Position numbers and translations under genes: made by a program. DNA of 64,000 nucleotides, from the NCBI GenBank assembly GCA_964016885.1, contig OZ024742.1, positions 48,608,001-48,672,000 of the forward strand. The letters are read 5' to 3'. Source of the DNA: Eledone cirrhosa (taxonomy: Eukaryota). Of the stretch, positions 42,699 through 56,858 are shown in pieces (the stretch's first letter is position 1; each line of letters begins with the position of its first letter). The notes under the pieces are model-generated. The model was given only the letters and a program-made list of their open reading frames with translations. It was not told the DNA's origin and did no database searches.

Positions 42699-45380
42699 CT
42701 ACTGTCCATATATTTTGAGAAAGGTCCCGACTCTAAGGTGTCTGCATGTCCCGAAGAAGTCGGTTCTGAGGTTTATCAGGCCGCTTCCACCTCTTAGTAT
42801 CTCGAGGGTCTCGTTCAGGCATAGTTTGCATATGCAAGATCCCCCTTTATCGGGTGGTACTTTCCTGATTATGTACCAGGCCAGAGAGTATGGGGTCCTG
42901 TCCAGCTTAAGCTTCCAGATCAGGTCGGAGAGAGCTGTGCTTTTCCTTTTGGCCTCCTTCTTGAATGAATGGCGATGGTTGTACCAGCGGTCCTTAAAGC
43001 TCGTTGATGTGGCTCCTATGTAGAGGTGTTCGGAGTTGGGGGTTTTTACCGTACAACCGTACACTATGTTCTTCTTGAGACATTCATTACCAAGGGGGCA
43101 TGATTCGGGGTTTCTACAGTTGCAGAGGGTGGGCGGCCTCTGCGTGCTTAGATTAGGGTTCTCATTATGTGTTACATGTTGGTCTTCCCCCATGCTCGGT
43201 GGGGGGTCCTTGGGTCTGTTTGTGTTTCTTGGGTGGGCTCTGGGTCCACCCTTCCCTCCTTTCACATGGTTCTGCTGAGTGTTTGTATTGCCATCTTCTG
43301 GTTGTGTGTGGTTTTTAAGCCTACTTCTGTTGATGCTAGCTATGTGTTGGGCCAAATTTCTCGTGGTGGAATACGAAAGCTTCACAGTGTGTCTGTTGAA
43401 GATCCTGTGGTATCTGTGGTCCCTCGGGAAGCATTTGTCAAGTGCTCCAAAGAACAATCGGGCCAAGCTTTTCTTTAGGGCCGCTGAGTAGGGTGGGTTG
43501 TACCACGTGATTTGTCCGTGTCTCCTCTTATATGTGTGGGTTGGGGGCTTCGTGATTTGTTGGAGATTTGTTGGTTTGCTGGTGGTTTCCGCACTGTTGC
43601 TTCCCTTTTGGGCTCTATACTTTTTGTTATCTTCACGGCCCGGATTTGTGGGGTGGTTGTTGTCTGCCCCGGGAGATCCATCGTGGGGTGGTCGCCCGTT
43701 TCCTCCCCCCCCCCACGTGTCCTGCGGTTGGGGTTGTCCGTCCTGGGGTAGTTAGCATCACGCCTGAGACTGCTACTCATATTGTGCTCCATCTCGTGGT
43801 CAAGCGCACTAGTCCCCACCGCCCGTGTGGTGGTGTCTGGTACATGGTGCCTATTTGATTTTGCTCTGCCTGTATTGTTAGGGTTCGCCCTCCCCCCTCT
43901 GGTAACGCGGTTGTGGGTGTCTGTTGGGCTATCCACCTCCCGGCTTTTCGGACTATATGTTATATTTTGTCCATGTGCCGCCTTCTTTAGAGCTGCGTTG
44001 TAATATTCCGCGTGGTTGTTGAATATTTCCTTACTTGCGGACAGGCTGGAGATCCTGTCCGAGACACTCTTCACCACTGCCTTGGTTATGGATCTAGGGT
44101 GGTTTGATTTGGCGTTAACATATACTAGTTTCTCGTTGGGCTTGTGGTAGGGGTAGTATTGCTCGGTGTTCAGGTTTAGGGTGGTGTCTAGGAAGTTAAC
44201 TACCTTCCTATTTGGGTCTATTTCTATGCTGAGCCCCTGGTTCTTGAAGAAATGGCGAATACGCCTCCTCATACCCTCCAACATATTGGTGCTGTGGTCA
44301 TGTACTGTGAATAGAGCATCGTCACGATATAATCCGCCGCCCAGGCAGGGGATTTCATCTTTTATCTGCTTCAGCAGGTAGAGCCCAACCAGGTCCGTTA
44401 CCTGCGCTGAGTCGCTGGAGCCCATCGTGATGTCAAAGTTATTTGGCCAATCACTCCTGGTCCACAGGTCTCCATCGAAGCGGATTAAGGTCTTTCTTGC
44501 GGCGTGGATGATGCTCACCTCCTCTCGGGTTAGGTCCGTATTGGACATCGCTAAAAATAGGGCCTTATTAAGTACTATGGGTGAGATTGAGGAGTAGTAG
44601 CTTGCGATGTCCAGTTGTATAAAGCTGGTCCTACTTTTCTCATGCAGTATTTTGAACCATTCTATTACTTCTCTCGTGCATGACCATTGCTGTAATTTGT
44701 TTTTTTTTCCGAAGCTTGGGCAAAATCCTATCCAGTATTCTTTTACTGACGATCCCTAGGTCAGATCTGGAGGCGGCTATTAGTCTGACAGGGAGGTCGG
44801 ACTCAAAGTTTGACTTGTGGTCTTTAAGGGTAATCCGCGACTCCCTTGGTTGGTATGGGGCCGTCCTGTCCTCTATGCCGATTCTGGATATAATCCTGTA
44901 AGCTGTGGCATTGATCTCATCCAGGGTAAATCCAGGTGTTTTTTTGTAGCACTTCCTCAGTTCCCTGAGGATTAGCTTATTGTACAGTTCAGTGTTCATG
45001 TTGTAGAGGTTGTTTGTTTTGTCAGCATGGACAAGTATTCCAGTTGTCCCTTTAAGTACTGTAATCCGGTTTCTCAGGTGTCTGAGGTACTCCTGACTTC
45101 TGGTTGGGTTTCCGGAGAATTTGAGGTTGGATATGATGTTAATCATCTCGTTTTCAAACTCCTCCATTAGTCTGTTATGGGGGGGATTCCTCCTTGATCG
45201 AAAAAGGTACTCCATGTTTTCTGTGTTTGTAGTCTTCTGCGTTCCTCTTTCGAAGTGGAACGCCTTCCATCTCATCCTACGGATGAGGGAGTCCGTACTA
45301 TTGATGAGATCACTGGTGTATTCTCGTTTATCAGGTAGGGGGATGTCCTTCAGTGACGCTAAGGTTGCCAGTTTATCCAT
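42699..45380 (-). CDS. PLE RT + GIY-YIG polyprotein, ~890 aa, interrupted only by two homopolymer frameshifts
   Basis: MDKLATLASLKDIPLP..IRRMRWKAFHF, HADKTNNLY, DIASYYSSI, MGSSDSAQ, GLYRDD, FLDTTLNL, TWYNPPY, CNCRNPESCPL, YIGATSTSFKDRWYNH, CKLC, CRH. Shifts at the T run near 44700 and the C run near 43705. Confidence 0.9.
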
Positions 45381-45582
45381 AGTGACTTAGGTCCGCTACT
45401 GTTTGAAGCGCTCAACCCGTGTGGGAGCTAGATAGATTTTGAGTTTATGTTGGTTGTATACCAACACCTCAGTATGCAGGCTGGAGCACTCGACGAAGTG
45501 CGCAGGTTGGTTTGGTTACTCCGGAGTAGTGTAAAATAAAGTTAAATAAAAGTCAAATGATTAAAATTTAGCTTCGTTTATT

Positions 45583-45637
45583 ACTGCTATATATATTTCA
45601 GTGACAGCCATCTTTGGCTGTGACCTCTTCAGGCAGT
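45583..45637 (-). ncRNA. Minimal type I hammerhead ribozyme (5' pLTR)
   Basis: Same motif, 4122 bp from the 3' copy. Confidence 0.9.
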
Positions 45638-46871
45638 TTGAATTAGTATGGTATAGACAAGTACATATGTTGTTTAGGTGTATGATATTGTCAATACTCT
45701 GATATGCCCAGTTCCTTGCTGGGTTGTTAATTCACTGGGGAACTGGAGTCATATGAATTCAAACAAACGAATTTTCGTGTCACAGGTCCCCTTCTCCTCT
45801 CATTGGTCAGTTATTAGTGTTGTCATTGTTGGAGTTAGCTTAAAAATTGATAAAATGGTAGAAGGGACAAGGTGTTGAAGGAACAAAATATCAAAAAATG
45901 TGTCAAACTTCCCATTGTTCAGTTCTGAGAGCATTCCTCAGTCAGAAGTCTATAGAATTCTTTCTGGGGTGAGGCTCCCTGTAGTGTTTATGCCTGCTAT
46001 TGTTCAGTACATTTGACCTCCACCATTATTTTGGTACTGTTGTTGTTGTAGTGGTCAGCTTATACCTTGCTGCTGCTAACAATTTAGAAGTATTCAGTTC
46101 GTGTTTTCTCTTCATCCCACCCGCCACCATCGTAGTAGTGGTGGCGGGGAGGGGGGGTTCTTTCATGTATATGAAGAAATATAAGGCAATAAATGAAGAA
46201 AACAGAAGATAAATAAATAATATAATAAAATAAAATAATTAATATAATTTGTGTAATTTGAAAATAAATAAATAAATAGAGAATAAAGAATAAAGAGTAA
46301 ATGAGAGATTGGTGAAAAAGTAATGATAATGTATATGGAGAAGTGAGAAATAAAGTAGGATAAAGTGTGTGTGTGTGTGTGCTATAACCAATCTCAAGGT
46401 CAGAATATGTTGGATAGATTGGTATGATACAAGATGTTAAGATGAGATATTCAATGTGTTTGTGTTATAATCTATCTCAACTTAAAATAAATATAAGGTT
46501 ATACAGTGAAGAGGGCAGAAAACAAATAACAAATTAATAAAGAGAAATCAAGATTTAAGATTGGAACTTTAAAGTCAGAAATCTGGTAAATTAAAAGTGT
46601 TTGTGTTATAGATGTTGGCCAGATTATTATGGCTATGTCCGATTCTATCTCTAGGCTATCATGGTGTCTGCTCCGCCTGGGTTGTTCCCTATGGCTTGAG
46701 GGGAGTTCACAACCTAGGGTGTTGTAATTGTCCATATAGCTTGAGGGAGGTCTGGCCGAGAGGTGTTTTCATGTTCTGTAGAAGTCCCTATAGCTTGAGG
46801 GGAGTTCACATCTTCTTGTGTTGCTACTGTCCATATATTTTGAGAAAGGTCCCGGCTCTAAGGTGTCTTAG

Positions 46872-49272
46872 AGAAGTCAGGAGTACCTCAGACACCTGAG
46901 AAACCGGATTACAGTACTTAAAGGGACAACTAGAATACTTGTCCATGCTGACAAAACAAACAACCTCTACAACATGAACACTGAACTGTACAATAAGCTA
47001 ATCCTCAGGGAACTGAGGAAGTGCTACAAAAAAACACCTGGATTTACCCTGGATGAGATCAATGCCACAGCTTAGAGGATTATATCCAGAATCGGCATAG
47101 AGGACAGGACGGCCCCATACCAACCAAGGGAGCCGCGGATTACCCTTAAAGACCACAAGTCAAACTTTGAGTCCGACCTCCCTGTCAGACTAATAGCCCC
47201 CTCCAGATCTGACCTAGGGATCGTCAGTAAAAGAATACTGGATAGGATTTTGCCCAAGCTTCGGAAAAAAACCAAATTACAGCAATGGTCATGCACGAGA
47301 GAAGTAATAGAATGGTTCAAAATACTGCATGAGAAAAGTAGGACCAGCTTTATACAACTGGACATCGCAAGCTACTACTCCTCAATCTCACCCATAGTAC
47401 TTAATAAGGCCCTATCTTTAGCGATGTCCAATACGGACCTAACCCGAGAGGAGGTGAGCATCATCCACGCCGCAAGAAAGACCTTAATCCGCTTCGATGG
47501 AGACCTGTGGACCAGGAGTGATTGGCCAAATAACTTTGACATCACGATGGGCTCCAGCGACTCAGCGCAGGTAACGGACCTGGTTGGGCTCTACCTGCTG
47601 AAGCAGATAAAAGATGAAATCCCCTGCCTGGGCGGCGGATTATATCGTGACGATGCTCTATTCACAGTACATGACCACAGCACCAATATGTTGGAGGGTA
47701 TGAGGAGGCGTATTCGCCATTTCTTTAAGAACCAGGGGCTCAGCATAGAAATAGACCCAAATAGGAAGGTAGTTAACTTCCTAGACACCACCCTAAACCT
47801 GAACACCGAGCAATACTACCCCTACCACAAGCCCAACGAGAAACTAGTATATGTTAACGCCAAATCAAACCACCCTAGATCCATAACCAAGGCAGTGGTG
47901 AAGAGTGTCTCGGACAGGATCTCCAGCCTGTCCGCAAGTAAGGAAATATTCAACAACCACGCGGAATATTACAACTCAGCTCTAAAGAAGGCGGCACATG
48001 GACAAAATATAACATATAGTCCGAAAAGCCGGGAGGTGGATAGCCCAACAGACACCCACAACCGCGTTACCAGAGGGGGGAGGGCGAACCCTAACAATAC
48101 AGGCAGAGCAAAATCAAATAGGCACCATGTACCAGACACCACCACACGGGCGGTGGGGACTAGTGCGCTTGACCACGAGATGGAGCACAATATGAGTAGC
48201 AGTCTCAGGCGTGATGCTAACTACCGCAGGACGGACAACCCCAACCGCAGGACACGTGGGGGGGGGAGGAAACGGGCGACCACCCCACGATGGATCTCCC
48301 GGGGCAGACAACAACCACCCCACAAATCCGGGCCGTGAAGATAACAAAAAGTATAGAGCCCAAAAGGGAAGCAACAATGCGGAAACCACCAGCAAACCAA
48401 CAAATCTCCAACAAATCACGAAGCCCCCAACCCACACATATAAGAGGAGACACGGACAAATCACGTGGTACAACCCACCCTACTCAGCGGCCCTAAAGAA
48501 AAGCTTGGCCCGATTGTTCTTTGGAGCACTTGACAAATGCTTCCCGAGGGACCACAGATACCACAGGATCTTCAACAGACACACTGTGAAGCTTTCGTAT
48601 TCCACCACGAGAAATTTGGCCCAACACATAGCTAGCATCAACAGAAGTAGGCTTAAAAACCACACACAACCAGAAGATGGCAATACAAACACTCAGCAGA
48701 ACCATGTGAAAGGAGGGAAGGGGGGACCCAGAGCCCACCCAAGAAACACAAACAGACCCAAGGACCCCCCACCGAGCATGGGGGAAGACCAACATGTAAC
48801 ACATAATGAGAACCCTAATCTAAGCACGCAGAGGCCGCCCACCCTCTGCAACTGTAGAAACCCCGAATCATGCCCCCTTGGTAATGAATGTCTCAAGAAG
48901 AACATAGTGTACGGTTGTACGGTAAAAACCCCCAACTCCGAACACCTCTACATAGGAGCCACATCAACGAGCTTTAAGGACCGCTGGTACAACCATCGCC
49001 ATTCATTCAAGAAGGAGGCCAAAAGGAAAAGCACAGCTCTCTCCGACCTGATCTGGAAGCTTAAGCTGGACAGGACCCCATACTCTCTGGCCTGGTACAT
49101 AATCAGGAAAGTACCACCCGATAAAGGGGGATCTTGCATATGCAAACTATGCCTGAACGAGACCCTCGAGATACTAAGAGGTGGAAGCGGCCTGATAAAC
49201 CTCAGAACCGACTTCTTCGGGACATGCAGACACCTTAGAGCCGGGACCTTTCTCAAAATATATGAACAGTAG
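46872..49272 (+). pseudogene. 5'-truncated inverted copy of the same PLE ORF
   Basis: ORFs 47250-48338 and 48211-49272. TAC>TAG change near 47073 and a G-run frameshift near 48260. Confidence 0.92.
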
Positions 49273-50452
49273 CAACACAAGAAGATGTGAACTCCCCTCA
49301 AGCTATAGGGACTTCTACAGAACATGAAAACACCTCTCGGCCAGACCTCCCTCAAGCTATATGGACAATTACAACACCCTAGGTTGTGAACTCCCCTCAA
49401 GCCATAGGGAACAAACCAGGCGGAGCAGACACCATGATAGCCTAGAGATAGAATCGGACATAGCCATAATAATCTGGCCAACATCTATAACACAAACACT
49501 TTTAATTTACCAGATTTCTGACTTTAAAGTTCCAATCTTAAATCTTGATTTCTCTTTATTAATTTGTTATTTGTTTTCTGCCCTCTTCACTGTATAACCT
49601 TATATTTATTTTAAGTTGAGATAGATTATAACACAAACACATTGAATATCTCATCTTAACATCTTGTATCATACCAATCTATCCAACATATTCTGACCTT
49701 GAGATTGGTTATAGCACACACACACTTTATCCTACATTATTTCTCACTTCTCCATATACATTATCATTACATTTTCACCAATCTCTCATTTACTCTTTAT
49801 TCTTTATTCTCTATTTATTTATTTATTTTCAAATTACACAAATTATATTAATTATTTTATTTTATTATATTATTTATTTATCTTCTGTTTTCTTCATTTA
49901 TTGCCTTATATTTCTTCATATACATGAAAGAACCCCCCCTCCCCGCCACCACCACTACGATGGTGGCGGGTGGGATGAAGAGAAAACACGAACTGAATAC
50001 TTCTAAATTGTTAGCAGCAGCAAGGTATAAGCTGACCACTACAACAACAACAGTACCAAAATAATGGTGGAGGTCAAATGTACTGAACAATAGCAGGCAT
50101 AAACACTACAGGGAGCCTCACCCCAGAAAGAATTCTATAGACTTCTGACTGAGGAATGCTCTCAGAACTGAACAATGGGAAGTTTGACACATTTTTTGAT
50201 ATTTTGTTCCTTCAACTCTTTGTCCCTTCTACCATTTTATCAATTTTTAAGCTAACTCCAACAATGGCAACACTAATAACTGACCAATGAGAGGAGAAGG
50301 GGACCTGTGACACGAAAATTCGTTTGTTTGAATTCATATGACTCCAGTTCCCCAGTGAATTAACAACCCAGCAAGGAACTGGGCATATCAGAGTATTGAC
50401 AATATCATACACCTAAACAACATATGTACTTGTCTATACCATACTAATTCAA

Positions 50453-50507
50453 ACTGCCTGAAGAGGTCACAGCCAAAGATGGCTGTCACTGAAATATATA
50501 TAGCAGT
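50453..50507 (+). ncRNA. Minimal type I hammerhead ribozyme (inverted arm)
   Basis: actgc-CTGAAGA-ggtcacagcc aaagat ggctgtcact-GAAA-tatata-TA-gcagt. Confidence 0.9.
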
Positions 50508-50859
50508 AATAAACGAAGCTAAATTTTAATCATTTGACTTTTATTTAACTTTATTTTATATATATATATATAGAGATATAGATCTAAACAACATATGACC
50601 AATATAGTAAATACATTGTGTGTATGCGTGTGTATTGTTTATGGGCACACATAGTAAATAGTTACAGGCGGAGACATATATAGAAATACAGGTGGTCTCT
50701 GTTCATGGTTCATTCTACGAGATTTAACTGTAAATATCAAGAAATGCCTCGATACCTAACATTAATTGCAGGGAGTCGGCTTTTACTTGTGCGCCCAGTA
50801 TAGTCGCGATGGTGTTTACAACGGGGATGATGGGGAGAAAGATGAAGGGGAAGATTAAA

Positions 50860-51200
50860 AAGGTTGTTGTTGATGACGATGATGATGATGATGATGATGA
50901 CAGCGATGATGATGATGATGATGATGAGTATAGTTATGAAAACGTTGATGATGATGAAAACAATGATGATGATGATATTGGTGATATGATGATGCTGATG
51001 ATGATGACGATGAACATGTTGGCGATAGTTCGGGTGTTATTGGTGGTATGGTGTTTGTGGTGGCAGTGGTGCTGGTAATGATGACGATAAAAGTGATGAT
51101 GGTAATGAAGTGATAGTCATAATGACAACGGTGATGGATGTGATGCTGATTGTGGGTTGGTGGTAGTGGTGATGACGATAATGATGGTGGTGGTGAAGAC
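50860..51200. repeat. (GAT)n/(GGT)n degenerate trinucleotide microsatellite
   Basis: Direct inspection. Confidence 0.9.
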
Positions 51201-51639
51201 ATTAATGGTTGTGGTGGGGCTTGACGTATTCATAATATTAGAGATGGTGGAGGCGATGGGTGCCGCTACCATTAAAACATACGTCAGTCATTAAGCGATA
51301 CATTTCGCCAGATGATGAAGATAAGTTTATGATGGGGTATGCCGATATTTCTGACATACATCTCACCATTTCCGAAATTCCTCTTGTGTAGACTTTGTGA
51401 ACGCCTTTGTTTGAAGTGGCGGTGGGGACGAAAGCGGAAATACCAGATTTCAGTTACTGTTATTAGTGGAATTGTTAATATAACATTTAACATTTCAAGT
51501 CATTATTGTAATTATGTAATTAACTAAAAAGGACAATCCTGTAAGTACACAAGGCACAGAAAACATTATTTGATATTTGAAAGCCAGAGTGACCAACCTT
51601 AACAGAAATTAGAACCGTCTTTTGTCCAATTTGTTTATG

Positions 51640-51890
51640 ACAGAATCGGTAGAGCGTCGGTTAAAATTCATTGCAATATTTCGCTATGTAGTCCTAGGAT
51701 AGTTAGACCAACTATTAAAATATTTTAACTTATCATTAGATTTAAGGAAGGGTTCGTATATGCTGATGATAAGGTCGAGTGTCACATCTAAAAAGTTGAT
51801 GCGTTTAAGGTCATGGTCAAAATATATTTTAAGACCCATACGTTGAAAGACGGATCTAATAGCGTTCCTTGTTCTTTCCAATTGCTAACC
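51640..51890 (-). pseudogene. Small decayed Naiad RT/thumb fragment
   Basis: IRSVFQRMGLKI..RINFLDVTLDL..YEPFLKSNDKLKYFNSWSNYP parallels the intact PLE ORFs. Confidence 0.75.
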
Positions 51891-52466
51891 ATTGAAGTTG
51901 CTAACGAATATATATCTAAATGTAAATATGTGTTTTTCGAATATTTATAAGAATAATCGCTTCGTTTGCAATTATGCAAACAGCCTCTTTAAGCCATGTT
52001 AGTAGAATGACACCGCGTTCTTGCTCTTGTGTTGGCATATAAATAGAACGACAGAAACTAAAGTTTCTGGGTGATTACCCTTCACCAGTAGCGTATATTG
52101 TTTACCTACCAACTGTCAGATGTACTATGTGCACACACATATCTACATCTATACTTGTACATATATCCGTAGCTAAACGTAACTGCGTACACATATATAC
52201 GCGTACACACGCAAGTAAATACACACACATACGTGCATACGTACACACAAACACAGACACACAGACGGAGGAGGGGGAGAAGTAATAGGGGCGTCTTATT
52301 TACTTGTAATAGATAGAACTGACTTTTGTGTGCGAAAGGGCTGTATGTGCATGTATAGATGTAGGTAAGTGTGTGCACATATGCTTATTTTTATATGTGC
52401 GTGCACGTATGGGTGTACGTCGATAAATGTTTGCTAGTGTGTACTGAATGTTTAAAATATAGATTA

Positions 52467-53059
52467 CTAACAGTGGTACTCGGCGTTGCACGAGATAAGG
52501 TATTTTGGATCGCGGGCCGCCAACAGACCTAATCGTTGAAAAACTACATGCCTGTACAATATGTAAAGAAAATAAACCGAATACTCTGATGGCTGTATAA
52601 TCTTTAAGATTTTCCTCGATGAAGCAGGAAAAATGCAGGTTTAGGGGATCAAGAAAATGAATTTTTTTTATGTACATAATATGCCTTGAAATTTAGGGAA
52701 AATCGGCTAGGGAAAAAGCCATAAAATACTGAAAAAATGAAGTTTTCATCTAATGCGGGCCCTAGGCCATAAAAAAGTTGGATTTTCTTTGCTCACGGTA
52801 TGAAGAAGAAACTGACTAATACATAGTTACAATTTCAAGGAAATGGTCAGGCGTAACGCCTAAATAAACCCTAAAAAGCTGGAAAAAAACGCAGTTGTTC
52901 ACCTAATGCGGGCCCTAGGGGATGAAAATGATGAATTCACTCCCTGAAACACAAGTAATACACGTGTAAAGTTTTTAAAAAATCGGTTGGGTACTTCTCG
53001 AATTTTAGGGATTCAAACTCACTCACACAAACACACATTCTGAGTTTTATATATATAGA
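52467..53059 (-). mobile_element. Non-autonomous Helitron
   Basis: Minus strand begins A|TCTATATATATAAAA and ends with the hairpin CTCG-TGCAACGC-CGAG then TTAG|T. Internal repeat tca(t/c)ctaatgcgggccctagg. Confidence 0.65.
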
Positions 53060-55395
53060 TAATTTTTAACACTTCTAGATTTTAACATACACATTTATAG
53101 CATATCCCACTTTAAGACCTAGCGATATGGAGAAGCACTAACGCCACCAGATGCACCCATATCAGTTTACATGCATAACATCTTCCTTAACAGCCTCAAT
53201 ACTACCACAACGGGTTGATAATGATTGATCTGGTAACTGAGCTGTTTATACCACTACCACTACAGGTAAGAAGGTCAACTGGACCATAATATAGATGCAG
53301 TTAAAAGCAGCCCTAACAGGCTGACATGTTTCTAGGAAAACTGACCGAAGAATTTATATAGACTTTCGGCTGGGATGTTGATATATCTTATCAATGAGGT
53401 GAAGGTATGCCCTTTAGACGCTGGAATTCATTCAGCCTAATCCAAATGCGTTAAGTTCCTTAGAAGATTAAAACTACACTCTGGATCTGAACATATCTAC
53501 GAATTAACAAAATAAAATCTATTCCAACATTATGATTTCCTGTTTTTTCTGTTCAAGTTCCAACTCCTAATGAGGTCATAGCTGTTGAATAATGGCTATC
53601 ACCAAAATATATATAGCAGCAAATATGAATAAAGGAATTAATTTTAACCTGTTGACTTACGCTTCTTGGAGATATGTTTATTCTCATTCTAATAAGGTAG
53701 AACTTAATTTAAATTTAATTCGCCAGGGCGTTTGAGCGGGTCACTTTACAATAATATCCTTGACAGCTGTTCTGTAACTTTGGTCAAATTACGTCATTAA
53801 TTAGCAGTAAAACATATCACTACCCACTAGGTACTTCCTTTTAAACTCAGCACTACAACATAGCAAATTAATCATTGATTATACGGTTCTACCCAGCTTT
53901 CAAACTGTTAAAATCACTGTAGCTTCAAACAGCCTGTAATATCTACCGAGCACTTCAATATCAGCCTTGTGTATCCAGTTTAAAATAGATATACCGTATC
54001 AAACCGTTTTGTGAGAGCAAACTAAAAGAGTCGGCGCCAGGAATGAGATACGACCGTAAAACATTGCTTCAAAAAGGACCACATATTATTAGGAAGTTTC
54101 GCAAGGGGTCTCGGGAGATAACACCTGCTTCATTGGTGAAAATGGCCTCAAACACGTGCCAGGATCTCTTTGCTGTAGAGCTATATTGTTGGTGACACGC
54201 AAATAAGTAATAAAAGTTATATTTATGACATTAGGATATTTAATATTGATCCTCTTTTTATTGACTATGCCTTAGCTGGGGCGGTGCTTCCAAGGGATTT
54301 AGTCAAAAGTATCATGCAGCGTGAACTATTTTTTTCAAATGGTAAAATATGATTTGACAAATCTTGGGTTGATATTGCAAGCAGCTCGAGATCCCACTTA
54401 AACGAATTTTCATGGGATTGTAGTCAGTGTGATGATGTGTGGATATGATCATATTGATGTAGATAATGATGTGTTGGATATGAATGGGGTTGAAGATTTT
54501 AAAGGTTATAAAGACAACGATGAGTATAATAATGCAGCCGGTGATGAGAATTGTAATGATGAAGTAGGGGGATTTTGTTGAACATAAGGGCACTGATGAG
54601 ATGTTCAATGATCATCATGGTGATGATGAAGATGGTGGTGATGGTGGGGGTAGGGTAGGGGTGGGTAGGTGGTGGTGATGGCGGTGATGAAGATGATGAT
54701 CTTTTAATGATACATAATTTGGATATACTGGAAATGATTGATGAATCTGAAATCAGTAAGTCATAAAGATGACGTCAAACTGATTGCTTCCACGTGCTTT
54801 TATTAACCTCTAAATATTTGTAATATATGCATACCCCCATACACACTTATGTATACATCTCTGTATGCGCATGTATGAATATATATATATATATATATAT
54901 ACATATTCATACATGCGCACACACACACACACACACACACACGCGCGCACATAAATATATATATACATGGGTGTGGGCATGTATGAATATGTATATATAT
55001 ATAGGGTGTGAATATGTAAGTATATTTATATGTATATGTGTGTATTAAAAAAAATATATATGTTTAAATTCACGAATATTTATTATCATTATTTTATTGA
55101 TGGCCCTCCATCTATATATCATTATAAGTTCCATTACTATTTTCGTAATTGTTGCGTATATAATCTTTAATAAGAAAACACATGGCCAGGTAACCATAAT
55201 TATTAATGTTGGTCTAAAAATGTAGATTTGATGACTTCGTGCCTACCTATATCTCTCACATAGTTTTGCAAGATCTTCAGTGGTCATGCAGCATAGATAA
55301 CTACTTACCTATGTATCTTCTGAGAATAAATACATCTATCTATCAACCTAACATTGAGAATCCTATCCGCTAACCACTCAGTCACACGCCTTCAT

Positions 55396-55432
<37 letters not shown>

Positions 55433-56858
55433 AACCAGTAAGACCCCGACAGCTGAGCTCAAGCCGTTTCGACGGCTAATTCTGGACTAAATGAAAATTT
55501 ATCCTGGTATTTAAATAGCCGATCTTCTCAAGGGGTAATTCCATATATGGTCAAAGTGATTGTCAAAAATCAGTAGTAATTCTGTGGTTGCAAATTAGTA
55601 GGGGAGATGGTGGCTAAACCTGCCAGTAGGAGAAAGAGGGGAGGAGGTGGAGTAGACCCAATCAAGCGTTGGTAGTGCCAGCTACAGCTGGGCATGAGGT
55701 CAAAGAAGATACAGGGGAGGGGGAGGGGGAGGAAGTCGGAACGGTAGGTAGAACAATGGGGGGTAGAAATAGGAAAGAAAAAATACTGAGAGTGAAGAAA
55801 AGCAAATAAGTGTAAAGAAAAAAGTAAAGTAAATTAAATTCTACGACCTAGGTGTCAGGCTATTGTTAGGCGAGAATAAAATAAAGAAAGAAAGAAAGAA
55901 GTAAATAAATAAATAAATAAACAAATAAGGAAATAAGTAAGAGAACTAGGTGGGACGGATAAGGCAAGGACCCTTTTAAGAGGTATAAGTACGTAAATGA
56001 TACGGTGACGGGTCAACAAAAGGGGCCAAAATACTAAAGAGACTACCACGAAATAAACAATAAAGGTTTCCATCCCGGGCCAGCAACGACCCAGTGCAGC
56101 AAAGTGAACTTGTACGAGATAATAATTCTGAGTCCCGAGAAAAATATATACTAATGCTAACTCTAAAAGATCTAAAACAAGCTACATGAAAGTTCGTACG
56201 AAATAAAGGTAGAATACGGAGAAATAAATTCAGAATCCACCCCGCCCAGAAGAAAAGCGAAGCAAGAAATACTGAAACGAAAAAATAAGGCATGTGCCAC
56301 TAAGAAATATAGAGGGCACAGAGAATAGTGGGAGCGGTCGGAAAAAGGGGGAAAGTATCCGGGGTCTAAGCCAACTGCTATAAAGGGCGGAGTCCGCCAA
56401 ATCTATCAAAGACTAGGGGAGGGGGGGGGGTACTAAGGCTACATGGGGCCAAAGGGCAGCCTCGGGTGGGCGAGAAAAGACGCCGACAAAGGAGAAGAGC
56501 TGGGGTAGAAGGACAAAGGAGAGAGGGGGGAAGGAAATAAAGGAAGCGATAAAAGAATACAAAGAAGATCTTACGTCTTCCTTGGCAAGCAGGGGTTACC
56601 CATTGCAAAATCGGCAACTGGGGTGTTATAGCCCTAGTCTACCCCCCCGGGTCATTATGGGGTTTGAGGGCGAGGTAAGTCCTACGCAATCTATGTTTAC
56701 ATGCAGTAACCAGTTCATCTTTCTTGTTTAGGAGTTGGTCCGTCGAAAACAGCATTTGTAAAGTTTCCTCCGAGCATAAATTGCACGGACGGCGTCCTCC
56801 CGTGTAAGAATTGGCTCTGGACAGTAATCTCCAAGTGAGATCATAGGTGATGTTGTTG

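Larger units (their letters stand above)
41313..50558. mobile_element. Young Naiad-type PLE: ~1.35-unit tandem arm (41313-46868, minus) plus inverted arm (46872-50558, plus), in (TA)n
   Basis: About 41311-42742 is repeated at 45433-46868. 46872-50558 is the reverse complement of about 41410-45100. Copies are near-identical. Confidence 0.96.

Noticed and set aside
50809-51202. Poly-Asp / poly-His ORFs
   Set aside because: (GAT)n/(GGT)n microsatellite.
53101-53265. Candidate exon (tttatag|...cag|gtaaga)
   Set aside because: Stop codons in all three frames and no other support.
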